Shown here: in pieces, positions 28,152 to 38,014 of the stretch
How the letters are laid out: every line of letters begins with the position of its first letter
How positions within the stretch are numbered: the first letter of the stretch is position 1
Source of the DNA: an uncultured cyanobacterium
GTDB lineage: Bacteria; Cyanobacteriota; Cyanobacteriia; Cyanobacteriales; Nostocaceae
DNA length: 64,000 nt
Assembly (NCBI GenBank): GCA_903848645.1
Contig: CAINGU010000059.1
Location: forward strand, 55,038 to 119,037
Direction of reading: 5' to 3'
Position numbers and translations under genes: made by a program
Notes under the pieces: model-generated
Databases searched by the model: none
Told to the model about the DNA's origin: nothing
Seen by the model: only the letters and a program-made list of their open reading frames with translations

Positions 28152-28977
28152 AATCAGAAAACCAAAAAAACAAAGTTGGGTGCCGGCAGTTTTAATTGGG
28201 ATTGCGATCGCTTACTTATTTCTGGTTCAATATATTCCAGCTATTAATGTTTTTTTTGAAGCTTTCAAAAAGGGAACTGGACCATTTTTATCTAACCTGG
28301 CAAAACCGGAATTTCTCCACGCAGCTTGGTTAACCCTGTTACTGGCTGCGATTTCTATCCCTGTGAATGCCGTATTTGGATTATGTGCGGCTTGGGCGAT
28401 CGCTCGGCATAAATTCCCAGGACGCGCTATAGTTCTCAGTATCATTGATTTGCCCTTTTCCATCTCTCCAGTTGTCGCCGGGTTAATGATAGTCCTACTA
28501 TACGGAAGAAATGGCTGGTTTGGGCCTTGGCTACAAGCCCATGATATTCAAATCGTCTTTGCTTTTCCAGGCATGGTACTCGCTACTGCTTTTGTGAGTA
28601 TGCCTTTTGTAGCCAGAGAAGTAATTCCTATTTTAGAAGAATTTGGTAAAGACCAAGAAGAAGCTGCGAGGACATTAGGCGCAAACGATTGGCAAACTTT
28701 TTGGCGAGTAACTTTACCCAGTATTCGCTGGGGTTTACTCTACGGTTTAATCTTAACCAATGCTAGAGCTATGGGTGAATTTGGGGCAGTTTCTGTGGTA
28801 TCTGGTAACATTGCCAATACAACTCAAAGTTTACCATTATTTGTGGAAGATGCTTACAAACAATATGAAACTGAAGCTGCTTTTTCTGCGGCTGTATTGT
28901 TAGCATTTTTAGCAGTAATTACCTTGATACTCAAGGAAATTTTAGAACGAAAAACCCACATTAAAGAAGTTGAATAA
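28138..28977 (+). CDS. cysW: Sulfate ABC transporter permease CysW
   Basis: [22 protein letters not shown] and [10 protein letters not shown] motifs. Overlaps the cysT stop. Confidence 0.96.
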   Translation: MTIDKIRKPKKQSWVPAVLIGIAIAYLFLVQYIPAINVFFEAFKKGTGPFLSNLAKPEFLHAAWLTLLLAAISIPVNAVFGLCAAWAIARHKFPGRAIVLSIIDLPFSISPVVAGLMIVLLYGRNGWFGPWLQAHDIQIVFAFPGMVLATAFVSMPFVAREVIPILEEFGKDQEEAARTLGANDWQTFWRVTLPSIRWGLLYGLILTNARAMGEFGAVSVVSGNIANTTQSLPLFVEDAYKQYETEAAFSAAVLLAFLAVITLILKEILERKTHIKEVE

Positions 28978-28981
28978 TTGG

Positions 28982-29088
28982 TATAGCGGTATGCATTTGA
29001 ATGAGATACAGTCAGCAAATCGCAAATCCTGTAGGGGCGCGGGGTCTGCGCCCTCGATTGTATTGCATCAAGCGCGAGAACCGCTATA
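28982..29088. mobile_element. MITE-like element with TATAGCGGT/ACCGCTATA termini and an internal REP hairpin, copy 1
   Basis: 9-bp terminal inverted repeat. A close copy lies at 44476-44581. Confidence 0.78.
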
Positions 29089-29124
29089 TGGCTACGCTAT
29101 CAGACAATAATTTATTTTCCCCGA

Positions 29125-31608
29125 CTACATAATATTGATAGGATCAACATCAATTGTTAAACTCACAGAAGCGGGAGAAAGCGATCGTACTTCTGGCCAA
29201 TCTGGTAAATTTGGTAAAGCATCAGGAGCAAATTTAAGTAGTATTTGCCAGCGATAACGGTTAGCTACTCGTAATATACTAGCTGGTGCGGGGCCTAATA
29301 TCTCAAATCCTTCTTTATCGTTCAAAAATGTGGCAATGATTTGTGCCGTGTTTTGCACTTGAATGGGATCTAAACTACTTAACCGCAATAAAATTAATCT
29401 ACCATAGGGGGGATAATTTAGTGCCTGTCTTTGTGCTAATTCCGCATCACAAAAAGATTGATAATCATGTTTTTGCACAGCTTCAATAATCGGATGTTCT
29501 GGGGTGTAGGTTTGGACAATTACTCTCCCTGGATCATCCCCTCTTCCCGCCCTTCCTGCAACTTGGGTAAGGGTTTGAAATGTGCGTTCATTGGCGCGAT
29601 AATCGGATAAGTGCAATAATCCGTCCGCAGCAACTACACCCACCAAGGTAACTTGGGGTAAATCTAATCCTTTAGTTAACATTTGTGTTCCCACTAATAA
29701 ATGGGCTTCACCGTTAGCAAATTGGGTGAGAAGTTTCCGGTGTGAACCTTTGGTACTGGTGGTATCACTATCAAAGCGAATTATTTTCAAATTGGGAAAT
29801 TGTTTGGTTAATTCTTGCGCTACCCGTTGAGTACCGCTACCGAAAAATTTCAAATAAGGGGAACTGCATTCGGGACAATGGGGCGGATGTAAGCGCCCAT
29901 AATTACAATAATGACAGCGTAATAATTCCGGCGCTCCCTCTTCGACATGATGATAAGCTAGGGAAACGTCACAGTGGGGACATTCCAACACATAACCACA
30001 ACTGCGACAAGATACAAATGTACTATGTCCGCGCCGGTGGATAAATAAAATTCCCTGTTGTTGTCTTGCTTCTAGTTGTTGTAAAGCATTTTGCAGCTTC
30101 CTGCTAAAAATAGACCGATTTCCCTCTTTTAACTCTTGACGCATATCCACTATTTCTACCGGCGGTAATGGGCGCGAGTTAATGCGTTCTGGTAATGATA
30201 AATATTGATGATTTCTACTTACCCAACTTTCTAAAGAGGGAGTCGCAGAACCTAAAATTAGGGGACAATGTTCTAATTCGCCTCGCCATTGGGCGACGGT
30301 GCGGGCGTGATAGGTGGGAATGGGGGAATCTTGTTTAAAGCTGCTATCGTGTTCTTCGTCCAGGATAATTAAGCCTAGATTGGGTAAAGGGGCGAAAATT
30401 GCGCTGCGAGTCCCGATGATGATTTGCGGTTCTCCTGTGAGCATTTGTCGCCAAGTATCGTAACGTTCACCGTCGGAAAGGGCGCTGTGATAAACATGAA
30501 CTTTATGACCAAATCTAGCGCGAAATCTGTCTGTGAGTTGGGGTGTGAGGCCGATTTCGGGAACTAAAACTAAGGCGGATTTTCCTTGTTCGAGTAATGG
30601 TGCGATCGCTTGTAAGTATACTTCAGTTTTCCCTGAACCTGTTACCCCATGCAACAATACTTGAGCAAATCCAGTTAAGGAGTTAATCGTTTCTAAGGCG
30701 TTGTTTTGGGCTGGTGTTAAGGATTTCGCCTCATCTCCAGCTACTGTGGGGCCTTGTTCTCGACGTAATATTTCTCTGTCTTCAATGACTATATAGCCTT
30801 TATCTACTAAGGCTTTGAGTGTAGAAGTGCTGGTAGCGCAAACTTGCAATAATTCACTTTGCCACATTTCTCCGCCTTGTCGTCGTAAAACTTCGACAAT
30901 TTCTTTTTGACGGGTTGTTAAATCGTTATCATGAGGGCGCAGGCCCTGCGCCCCTACAAGGGTGACAGCTTTTTGTATTTTGGGTTTTGTGAGTTGTGGC
31001 GGTTCTAAGTAATTTTTTGCTAATCCTAACCGGATTAATTCCCGCATTCCCCGATATGCGGCTTTAACTTTTTGTTGAATGTAGTGATAACTATAATCGG
31101 CTGTTGGCGTTTTTTCTAAAAGTGTGATTATTTGCTGGGCTGTAGGGCTAATATAAATAGAAAGATTTCCTCTACCCAAAGCAGTCAATCGTAAACGACG
31201 TTGTGATCTTCCTAATAATCCCGGTGGTAAAGCGACGCGAATTACTTGAATGAGAGGTGTATAGTAATAAGCCGCAACACGATTGAGTAATGTCCAATAA
31301 CCGGTAGGAAAAAACCCTTCACTAACGACATCTTCTACTTCTCGAATTTTCTCTAAGGGAATATCTAAATTAGGTTGAGTTAATAAGCGAATAGCTATCG
31401 CACCTACCTGTGTCGCACCGAAGGGAACACTTAAAATATCCCCTGGTTTGATTGATAACTGTTCTGGTATTTTATAGGTAAATAAATCTGAACATCCGGG
31501 ACAGTCTACAAGCACTTCCACCCATTGAGATAATTTTGTTTGAGATTGATATGATCCCCCCGGTTCAGCTACAGCGATAACAGATGATTTTGCACTAATA
31601 CTATACAT
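29125..31608 (-). CDS. priA: Primosomal protein N' (replication restart helicase)
   Basis: GVTGSGKTEVY, DEEHD, Cys pairs CRSC/CPHC/CHYC/CPEC, QVAGRAGR. Probable start is ATG at 31608. Confidence 0.97.
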   Translation of the reverse strand: MYSISAKSSVIAVAEPGGSYQSQTKLSQWVEVLVDCPGCSDLFTYKIPEQLSIKPGDILSVPFGATQVGAIAIRLLTQPNLDIPLEKIREVEDVVSEGFFPTGYWTLLNRVAAYYYTPLIQVIRVALPPGLLGRSQRRLRLTALGRGNLSIYISPTAQQIITLLEKTPTADYSYHYIQQKVKAAYRGMRELIRLGLAKNYLEPPQLTKPKIQKAVTLVGAQGLRPHDNDLTTRQKEIVEVLRRQGGEMWQSELLQVCATSTSTLKALVDKGYIVIEDREILRREQGPTVAGDEAKSLTPAQNNALETINSLTGFAQVLLHGVTGSGKTEVYLQAIAPLLEQGKSALVLVPEIGLTPQLTDRFRARFGHKVHVYHSALSDGERYDTWRQMLTGEPQIIIGTRSAIFAPLPNLGLIILDEEHDSSFKQDSPIPTYHARTVAQWRGELEHCPLILGSATPSLESWVSRNHQYLSLPERINSRPLPPVEIVDMRQELKEGNRSIFSRKLQNALQQLEARQQQGILFIHRRGHSTFVSCRSCGYVLECPHCDVSLAYHHVEEGAPELLRCHYCNYGRLHPPHCPECSSPYLKFFGSGTQRVAQELTKQFPNLKIIRFDSDTTSTKGSHRKLLTQFANGEAHLLVGTQMLTKGLDLPQVTLVGVVAADGLLHLSDYRANERTFQTLTQVAGRAGRGDDPGRVIVQTYTPEHPIIEAVQKHDYQSFCDAELAQRQALNYPPYGRLILLRLSSLDPIQVQNTAQIIATFLNDKEGFEILGPAPASILRVANRYRWQILLKFAPDALPNLPDWPEVRSLSPASVSLTIDVDPINIM
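30933..30957 (-). repeat. REP-like element in frame inside priA
   Basis: Minus strand GTAGGGGCGCAGGGCCTGCGCCCTC is 24/25 identical to the REP core of the MITE at 44476-44581. It encodes VGAQGLRP. Confidence 0.8.
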
Positions 31609-32846
31609 AACTTCTCGATTTATAAACAAATATTTTGTTCACAGACTTGGTTAATTTTGTTCAAGCTCACTTAACTATATCCTTTGGTTTTACTATATGT
31701 AAATAGTATTTTACAATACTTCAATTACCCATAATACTTGATAATCTGGAATTTATGTAATCTACCAGACAAATTAACTCCTACTATCCGAGTCATCAAT
31801 CATTGAAAATTGATTTACCTACTTGTATCCGCAAGCCGCAAAACCTATCTTTAAAAATACGTTGAGGTAATGAGTAATCATGAGTAATAGGTAATCATAT
31901 CAAGATTTAGAATCCCGGATCAACTTCTGATCAAGCTATTGTGAAAATTATGATCTCACAAGCATTGTGACTCAGTGAATCCTAAATTCTTCCGTAATCA
32001 TGTTATTAATCAATCCTGAGATTGAACTACGAAATAAGGCATAGAGGTTTTCAACCCATTGATAGATATTAAATACTTTGGGAATATGAGATGCTTTTAA
32101 ACGATAAATATTATCCGGATTGGAAGTTAGCATTTTTGTAATTTGGATCATTTAGTAAATTTTCGTAGAGATAAATAACTCTAGTACCAAAATGGCGATT
32201 TATTCAATTACTTTCATCACCTAAACCGGACAAACCTGAAAACTTTGCAAAAAATACACGAAAAATTAATATATATCATTTTTCATTTATTTGTAACCTT
32301 GACATGGAGGCTATGCACAGGCTACAGGCAACAAGCAACTGATTTTTTCACAAATCATTTAGAATGCATATATAGGGTTATCTCTCTGCATTTTTGAATG
32401 TTGTTAAAGTTAGTGTATGGGGGTGTGACATATTTGGTAATTAAGAAAAAAATGCAGAATATGTCCATTGGTTTTCTAAAAAAGATAGTTTTTTATTGGT
32501 GCTAAAGCCAATAATGATTATAGGTTGTATCTAGCCACAACTAAAAATAATGGACAAATACTGATTTACCTTCCAAATGAGGAATGATCAAAAGAGAGGA
32601 TTTTGTTAGAGAAGAAGGGTGTATTTGTCCTGAAGGGAAAACGTAAGTATTCAGCTATCAGCTATTCCTCTGTCAGCTAAGAGCAGGAATAACAAAGAAG
32701 AGGAAGTATTCATTTCTTTGAAGTTACACCCAGGCAATTAGTTTTAATTACCTGTATTTCTACCTTGAAAGCTGATAGCTGACGACTGACAGATGAATAT
32801 TTACGGTAAAACTACCAAGCCTGAAAGAGGCTGTTGTCATTAAATT

Positions 32847-34016
32847 ATGTACCAAACAAAGCAACCATCCCTAAAGGAAACTATGAATCTTGCTGAATTG
32901 GGAACAATGGAAATACTAGAGAATATTACTGATCATGAAGAACCATCAATTGAGAGTTTAGAGCAAGTAGTATATGAAGATCCGGGAATTGTCGAAAACC
33001 TGGAATCAGAAGAACGCAATGGCGATGACATGGCCGCAGCCCGCCCTTCGGGATATAATAAAACCGAAAATGATGATGCTGTCGGCGCATTTTTTAAGGA
33101 AATGGCGCGTTATCCACTACTCAAACCTGATGAAGAAGTGGAATTAGCGCGACGAGTCAGATTTTTAGAAGAAGTCAAAGAATTGCAAGCAGCTTTGGAA
33201 TTAGAACTAGGAACAAACCCTAGTAAAATCCAGGTAGCTTCTCAGTTAGAAATGACAGAAAAACAACTGGAAAGCCGCTTGTATCAGGGTAGAGTCGCCA
33301 AGCGGAAAATGATTCGCTCCAATCTCCGGTTAGTCGTATCTATTGCTAAACGATATTTAAATCGTGGTGTCCCTTTTCTGGATTTAATTCAAGAAGGAGC
33401 AATGGGTTTAAACCGCGCTTCGGAAAAATTCGATCCTGATAAAGGATATAAGTTTTCTACTTATGCTTATTGGTGGATTAGACAAGCAATTACCAGAGCG
33501 ATCGCTAATGATGCCCGAACTATTCGCTTACCAATCCATATTGTTGAAAAACTTAATAAACTAAAAAAAGCTCAACGGGAACTTAAGCAAAAACTTTCTC
33601 GTAACCCAACAGAAGCCGAAATGGCCGAAGCTTTGGAAATTACGGTTCACCAACTGCGTCAACTTCAACAACTACGACGACAAGCGCTGTCCCTTAACCA
33701 CCGTGTCGGTAAAGAAGAAGACACAGAGTTAATGGATTTGCTAGAAGATGAAGACAACCAGTCTCCCGAAGCAAAAATGAACGAAAACATGATGCGTCAG
33801 GAGATTTGGGAAGTTTTAGGAGACGTACTCACCCCACGGGAAAAAGATGTCATTTCCCTGCGCTATGGACTCACCAGCAGCGAACCCTGCACCCTGGAAG
33901 AAGTGGGGAATATGTTTAACCTTTCCCGCGAACGAGTTCGCCAAATCCAAAGTAAAGCCATGCGAAAGTTACGCCGTCCCCACATAGCCAAGCGTTTAAA
34001 AGGATGGTTGGTATAA
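32847..34016 (+). CDS. sigE: Group 2 RNA polymerase sigma factor, SigE type
   Basis: Regions 2-4 (NLRLVVSIAKRY, DLIQEG, FSTYAYWWIRQAI, LSRERVRQI). The MYQTKQ N-terminus and priA/sigE/GNAT/petJ order match my recollection of Anabaena sigE. Confidence 0.85.
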   Translation: MYQTKQPSLKETMNLAELGTMEILENITDHEEPSIESLEQVVYEDPGIVENLESEERNGDDMAAARPSGYNKTENDDAVGAFFKEMARYPLLKPDEEVELARRVRFLEEVKELQAALELELGTNPSKIQVASQLEMTEKQLESRLYQGRVAKRKMIRSNLRLVVSIAKRYLNRGVPFLDLIQEGAMGLNRASEKFDPDKGYKFSTYAYWWIRQAITRAIANDARTIRLPIHIVEKLNKLKKAQRELKQKLSRNPTEAEMAEALEITVHQLRQLQQLRRQALSLNHRVGKEEDTELMDLLEDEDNQSPEAKMNENMMRQEIWEVLGDVLTPREKDVISLRYGLTSSEPCTLEEVGNMFNLSRERVRQIQSKAMRKLRRPHIAKRLKGWLV

Positions 34017-34128
34017 ATCATTAGTCATTAGTCAGTTGTCATTAGTTAGTTGTCAGTTGTCTGTGGTTAAAAAATTAGACATCTTGAGTATAAAATGTGA
34101 ACTAATGACCAATGACCAATGACCAATG
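34017..34128. repeat. STRR arrays (TCATTAG, CAGTTGT, TGACCAA)
   Basis: Heptamer tandem repeats after the sigE stop and running into the GNAT start codon. Confidence 0.8.
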
Positions 34129-34611
34129 ACTAATTTAATTGTCCGTTTTGCCCAACCTAGTGATGCTCATACCTTGTTTGCCTTAATTCAAGGACTTGCA
34201 GAATATGAAAAACTATCTCATGCTGTTATTGGTAATGCGGAAGCCCTCAAAAATCATTTATTCGGTTCACCAAAATACGTAGATGCAATCCTAGCGGAAT
34301 CAGAAGGTAAAGCTGTAGGTTTTGCCCTATTTTTTCATAATTATTCCACATTTCTCACCAAGCCAGGAATTTACTTAGAAGATATCTTTGTTTTGCCTGA
34401 ATATCGCCGTCAAGGTATTGGTAAAGCACTTTTGGCACGCGTAGCCCAAATAGCTATAGAAAGGGATTGTGGACGCTTAGAGTGGAGTGTTTTAGATTGG
34501 AATGTCTCAGCCCAAGCATTTTATCGGAATATGGGCGCAGACATTTTAGAAGATTGGCGGATTTGTCGCGTGACTGAAAAGGATCTGAGCCAATTAGCCA
34601 ATCAAAAATGA
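34126..34611 (+). CDS. GNAT-family N-acetyltransferase (spermidine/diamine acetyltransferase-like)
   Basis: IYLEDIFVLPEYRRQGIG and RLEWSVLDWN motifs. Confidence 0.92.
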   Translation: MTNLIVRFAQPSDAHTLFALIQGLAEYEKLSHAVIGNAEALKNHLFGSPKYVDAILAESEGKAVGFALFFHNYSTFLTKPGIYLEDIFVLPEYRRQGIGKALLARVAQIAIERDCGRLEWSVLDWNVSAQAFYRNMGADILEDWRICRVTEKDLSQLANQK

Positions 34612-34777
34612 AGTTTAAAGGATAGAAGAGGAAATCTGGCAAATTTCCCTTTTATCCTTAATTATTAATTTCTTTTTCCTAATCCTATAACTTAAATTCA
34701 CATAAATTTACCTTTTGCCTAAACCCTGAAGCTACCAATCAATTAATCTCAAATCCTCAATTATTAGAGCCAAGTTT

Positions 34778-34788
34778 GACAGCCTGTC
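34778..34788. promoter_or_regulatory. Palindrome upstream of petJ, candidate PetR copper-switch operator
   Basis: GACAG-C-CTGTC (GAC-N5-GTC), 83 nt upstream of the petJ ATG. Confidence 0.45.
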
Positions 34789-34870
34789 GTTTGACTAATG
34801 CAACGAAATCAAATGAGAATTATAGAGAATATTTGCACCGATTCAGACATTGTTGTCGAGAGAACACCAG

Positions 34871-35215
34871 ATGAAAAAGATTATCTCAGTATTATTATTA
34901 GGCATAGCTATCTTCACCTTTGCCTTCAGTAGTCCCGCTTTGGCCGCAGACGCAGCCAGTGGAGCTAAAGTATTTAGTGCTAATTGTGCTTCTTGTCACG
35001 CAGGTGGCAGAAATTTAGTTAATGCTGCCAAAACCCTGAAAAAAGCAGATTTGGTAAAGTACGATATGTACTCAGCAGAGGCAATTATTACCCAAGTTAC
35101 TAATGGTAAAGGTGCTATGCCTGCTTTTGGTAAGAAGTTAAAAGCAGAGCAAATAGAAAATGTAGCTGCTTATGTACTACAACAAGCTGATAACGGCTGG
35201 AAGAAGAAGAAGTAA
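34871..35215 (+). CDS. petJ: Cytochrome c6
   Basis: Signal peptide ending ALA, heme motif CASCH, axial Met in GAMPAF. ATG at 34871. Confidence 0.96.
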   Translation: MKKIISVLLLGIAIFTFAFSSPALAADAASGAKVFSANCASCHAGGRNLVNAAKTLKKADLVKYDMYSAEAIITQVTNGKGAMPAFGKKLKAEQIENVAAYVLQQADNGWKKKK

Positions 35216-35303
35216 GTTTACATCTAATTTGATGGATTAACAATGGGCGGGGCTTTTGTCCCGCCAAATATTTATACTGGTGAAATTGTCAAAGGAGATA
35301 TTG

Positions 35304-36227
35304 ATGACTTATTTCTGGCGATTAATTATCAGTTTCATGATAGTTTTTGTTTGCGCTTTTTTAGCCCCAAGTGCAAATTCATCACTGCTTGCGGAAACTC
35401 AAATTACAGCCAGGGACTTTTTTAAGTTGGGTGTAAACGAAATGCACAAAGATAGTTATCAAAAAGCCATTGAGAATTTTAGTTTGGCTATTCAAATGCA
35501 AAGTGACTTTATTGTAGCTTATAGCAATCGCTGTTTGGCATATTTACAAATTCAAGATTATCATCAAGCGATCGCTGATTGCACTCAAGCACTAAATTTA
35601 GCACCGGATAATGTGGAAGCTTATCTTAACCGGGGACTAGCACAATACAGAAAAGGGAATTATTTAGATGCTCTTGCAGATTATAATCAAGTAATTGCTC
35701 TCAAACCCGATGATTTCCGCGCTTACTATAACAGAGGTATAGCCTTAGCTGGAGACGGTAATTACTCCCAAGCCATAATTGATTACAATCAGGCATTAAC
35801 TAAAATTCCCCCAACTAATACTTTACTATTAGCGGATATATATAATGATAGAGGTTTAGCTTATTTTAAATTGCAAAATATGGAAGCAGCTATGAATGAT
35901 TTTCATTTAGCAATTCATTTTAATCCTGATGATGATAGAGCATATTTTAACCGGGGTTGTATTTGCGGAAGGAGTGGGGATAATTTTGGCGCAATGCGGG
36001 ACTTTTCCCAAGTTATTAAGCTGAACCCCAGTAATGCTCAAGCTTACGTCAATCGAGGAATAGCTAACTATAATTTAGGATACTACCAAAGAGCCATATC
36101 TGACTTACAAAAAGCATCGGAATACTTTGGACAACAAAAACAAATAATTGCTTATAAAAGAACTTTAGATTTACTAAAAACTGTTCAACAAGAAATATCA
36201 TCAGCATGGGAAATTGCTTCTCTTTAA
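35304..36227 (+). CDS. Exported tetratricopeptide repeat protein
   Basis: AAGGAG RBS before ATG at 35304, signal-like N-terminus, and 6-7 TPR units (AYxNRG). Confidence 0.92.
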   Translation: MTYFWRLIISFMIVFVCAFLAPSANSSLLAETQITARDFFKLGVNEMHKDSYQKAIENFSLAIQMQSDFIVAYSNRCLAYLQIQDYHQAIADCTQALNLAPDNVEAYLNRGLAQYRKGNYLDALADYNQVIALKPDDFRAYYNRGIALAGDGNYSQAIIDYNQALTKIPPTNTLLLADIYNDRGLAYFKLQNMEAAMNDFHLAIHFNPDDDRAYFNRGCICGRSGDNFGAMRDFSQVIKLNPSNAQAYVNRGIANYNLGYYQRAISDLQKASEYFGQQKQIIAYKRTLDLLKTVQQEISSAWEIASL

Positions 36228-36308
36228 TATTTTAATATTTTACAAATGCTATTCATTTCATCTTTTACTCTATTCTCATCGAATAATTATCATAACTAAT
36301 AATAAAAT

Positions 36309-37877
36309 ATGAGTTTATCAAGTGTGACTATAGAACAGCGCGAAAAAGAAGCTGAAGCATTGAAGACTTTCCTTTTCTTTAGTCTCATTGGTTCAGTAGC
36401 ATTACATATTGGGGTACTAGCTTTAGCTATTAACAAGTTTTTCTTCAGAGTTCCTGAAGTTAAAGAAGAACCCATAGAAGTGACAATTCTGGAAACCATA
36501 CCCCAGGAAGTAGTTCAACCACAAGTAGAGATAAAATCCCTACCAAAGATAAATTCTGGTGGTGGAAATAACGGGGGGGAAATTTCCATACCCACAGAAA
36601 CAGCCGTCAGTATCATAAAATCTTCTGTCGCACCTGTAGCCAAACAGCCTCAACCAAAAACCACTAACAACTTTATTACCAAAGAATCCCCAACACTGAC
36701 AACTCCTGAACCTGTAACAATACCAACTCCGGTAGAAAATAACCCAATACAGAAGTTTGATGAAAATGCAGACACCCTAGCGTCTAACCAAACCCAAGCA
36801 GATATAAAACCTACAGATATCCCACCATTAAAGTCAGAAACTCCGACCAATATTAGTTCTAACACTATCCCTTCTCACCCCACAGTTTCCACACAGTCAC
36901 CACAGAATAGAAATATTTTAGGTAATTTAGGCGATCGCTTGAGAAATAGTTTAGGTAAAAGTAATGGTAATGGTAATGGTACTGGTAATGGTACTGGTAA
37001 TGGTGTTGGTAATAGAATTGGAAACAGTAAAGGTAATGGAATTGGAAACGGTAATGGTAATGGTGTTGGGAATGAAACTGGGAATAAACCAAAACCAGAA
37101 AATACACCAATAGCTACAGCACCCAAACCTCCCATAGAAAATAGTTCTAAATTGAATCGTGCGGATTGTCTTCAATGTCAAATTAAGTACCCAGATAGAG
37201 CCAGACGGCGTGGCACTGAAGGAAATCCAGAAGTCGCTATTGATACTGATAATAAAGGTAATGTTACGCGAGTCCGGTTAATCCGTTCCAGTGGTGATAG
37301 TGAACTAGATGAAGCTGCTCAAAAAGCTGCTCAAGAGTGGAAATTAACACCCACAGAGGCAGGAAGAGAAGGGGTAAGAGCCTCTGTTAACTTTGCCATT
37401 AAAGGATCACAGCGTCACCGCCAACTTCAAGAACGGCAAATAGAAAAACAGCGAGAAGCCCTACAAAACAAACCTAAAAAAGCAGCTTCTACTTCCACTC
37501 CCATAGAATCACCTCAACGGAAAAAAACTCCTATTATTACTGATGTTATCCACGAAAATACCACTAGACATAGACAAGAATCTGCACCTTCTGAAAGTAA
37601 ACCAGTTTCACCACGTCGTCAGCGTGTCGAACCTGAGCAACCAAAGCAGACAGAAGAAGCTCCACCCCGTCGCCGTTCACCACAGCCTGTAAAATCTGAT
37701 ACAGACAATCAAACTGATGAAGGAAGAACCGAAAGAATTCAAAAAAGTCGGAGACGCTTAGAAGAAATTCTCCGTCGTCGTCAAAAGTCCTCTGACTTAC
37801 CACCAGCAGAAGCACCTACACCACCAGAACCTGCAACTACATCACCTACTGAGTCTAATAGTGATTCAGATAAATAA
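36309..37877 (+). CDS. tonB: Energy transducer TonB
   Basis: TM anchor with S-x3-H (SVALH), Pro/Thr-rich linker, Gly-Asn repeats, TonB-C domain (YPDRARRRG.EG, LDEAA). Directly upstream of a TonB-dependent receptor. Confidence 0.9.
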   Translation: MSLSSVTIEQREKEAEALKTFLFFSLIGSVALHIGVLALAINKFFFRVPEVKEEPIEVTILETIPQEVVQPQVEIKSLPKINSGGGNNGGEISIPTETAVSIIKSSVAPVAKQPQPKTTNNFITKESPTLTTPEPVTIPTPVENNPIQKFDENADTLASNQTQADIKPTDIPPLKSETPTNISSNTIPSHPTVSTQSPQNRNILGNLGDRLRNSLGKSNGNGNGTGNGTGNGVGNRIGNSKGNGIGNGNGNGVGNETGNKPKPENTPIATAPKPPIENSSKLNRADCLQCQIKYPDRARRRGTEGNPEVAIDTDNKGNVTRVRLIRSSGDSELDEAAQKAAQEWKLTPTEAGREGVRASVNFAIKGSQRHRQLQERQIEKQREALQNKPKKAASTSTPIESPQRKKTPIITDVIHENTTRHRQESAPSESKPVSPRRQRVEPEQPKQTEEAPPRRRSPQPVKSDTDNQTDEGRTERIQKSRRRLEEILRRRQKSSDLPPAEAPTPPEPATTSPTESNSDSDK

Positions 37878-37909
37878 GATACCGGACTTCTTTAATAAGT
37901 CCGGTATCT
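37877..37909. repeat. Dispersed hairpin repeat (AGATACCGGACTT/AAGTCCGGTATCT)
   Basis: Perfect 13-bp inverted repeat at the tonB stop. Related hairpin at 44722-44754. Confidence 0.75.
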
Positions 37910-38014
37910 GAGCCGTGATTAATTTAACTATGACAGTTTGTCTTTTGACACTGTTGCTATTAATAGAGAAAATGCTAATAAGTGATTGTTGTTACAGGGT
38001 GTGGGTTTATAAAT

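Noticed and set aside
36260-36300. Possible Fur/Zur box before tonB
   Set aside because: Only one good half-site (ATTATCA); the left half is poor and the region is very AT-rich.
36865-37181. His/Tyr-rich and Thr/Ile-rich ORFs antisense to tonB
   Set aside because: Artefacts of the GGTAAT (Gly-Asn) repeat read in other frames.
37564-37815. 83-aa minus-strand ORF as listed in the track
   Set aside because: Antisense to the tonB tail with no independent coding evidence.
37910-38014. Possible cobalamin riboswitch before the BtuB-like receptor
   Set aside because: About 100 nt is too short, and I see no B12-box or conserved core sequence.
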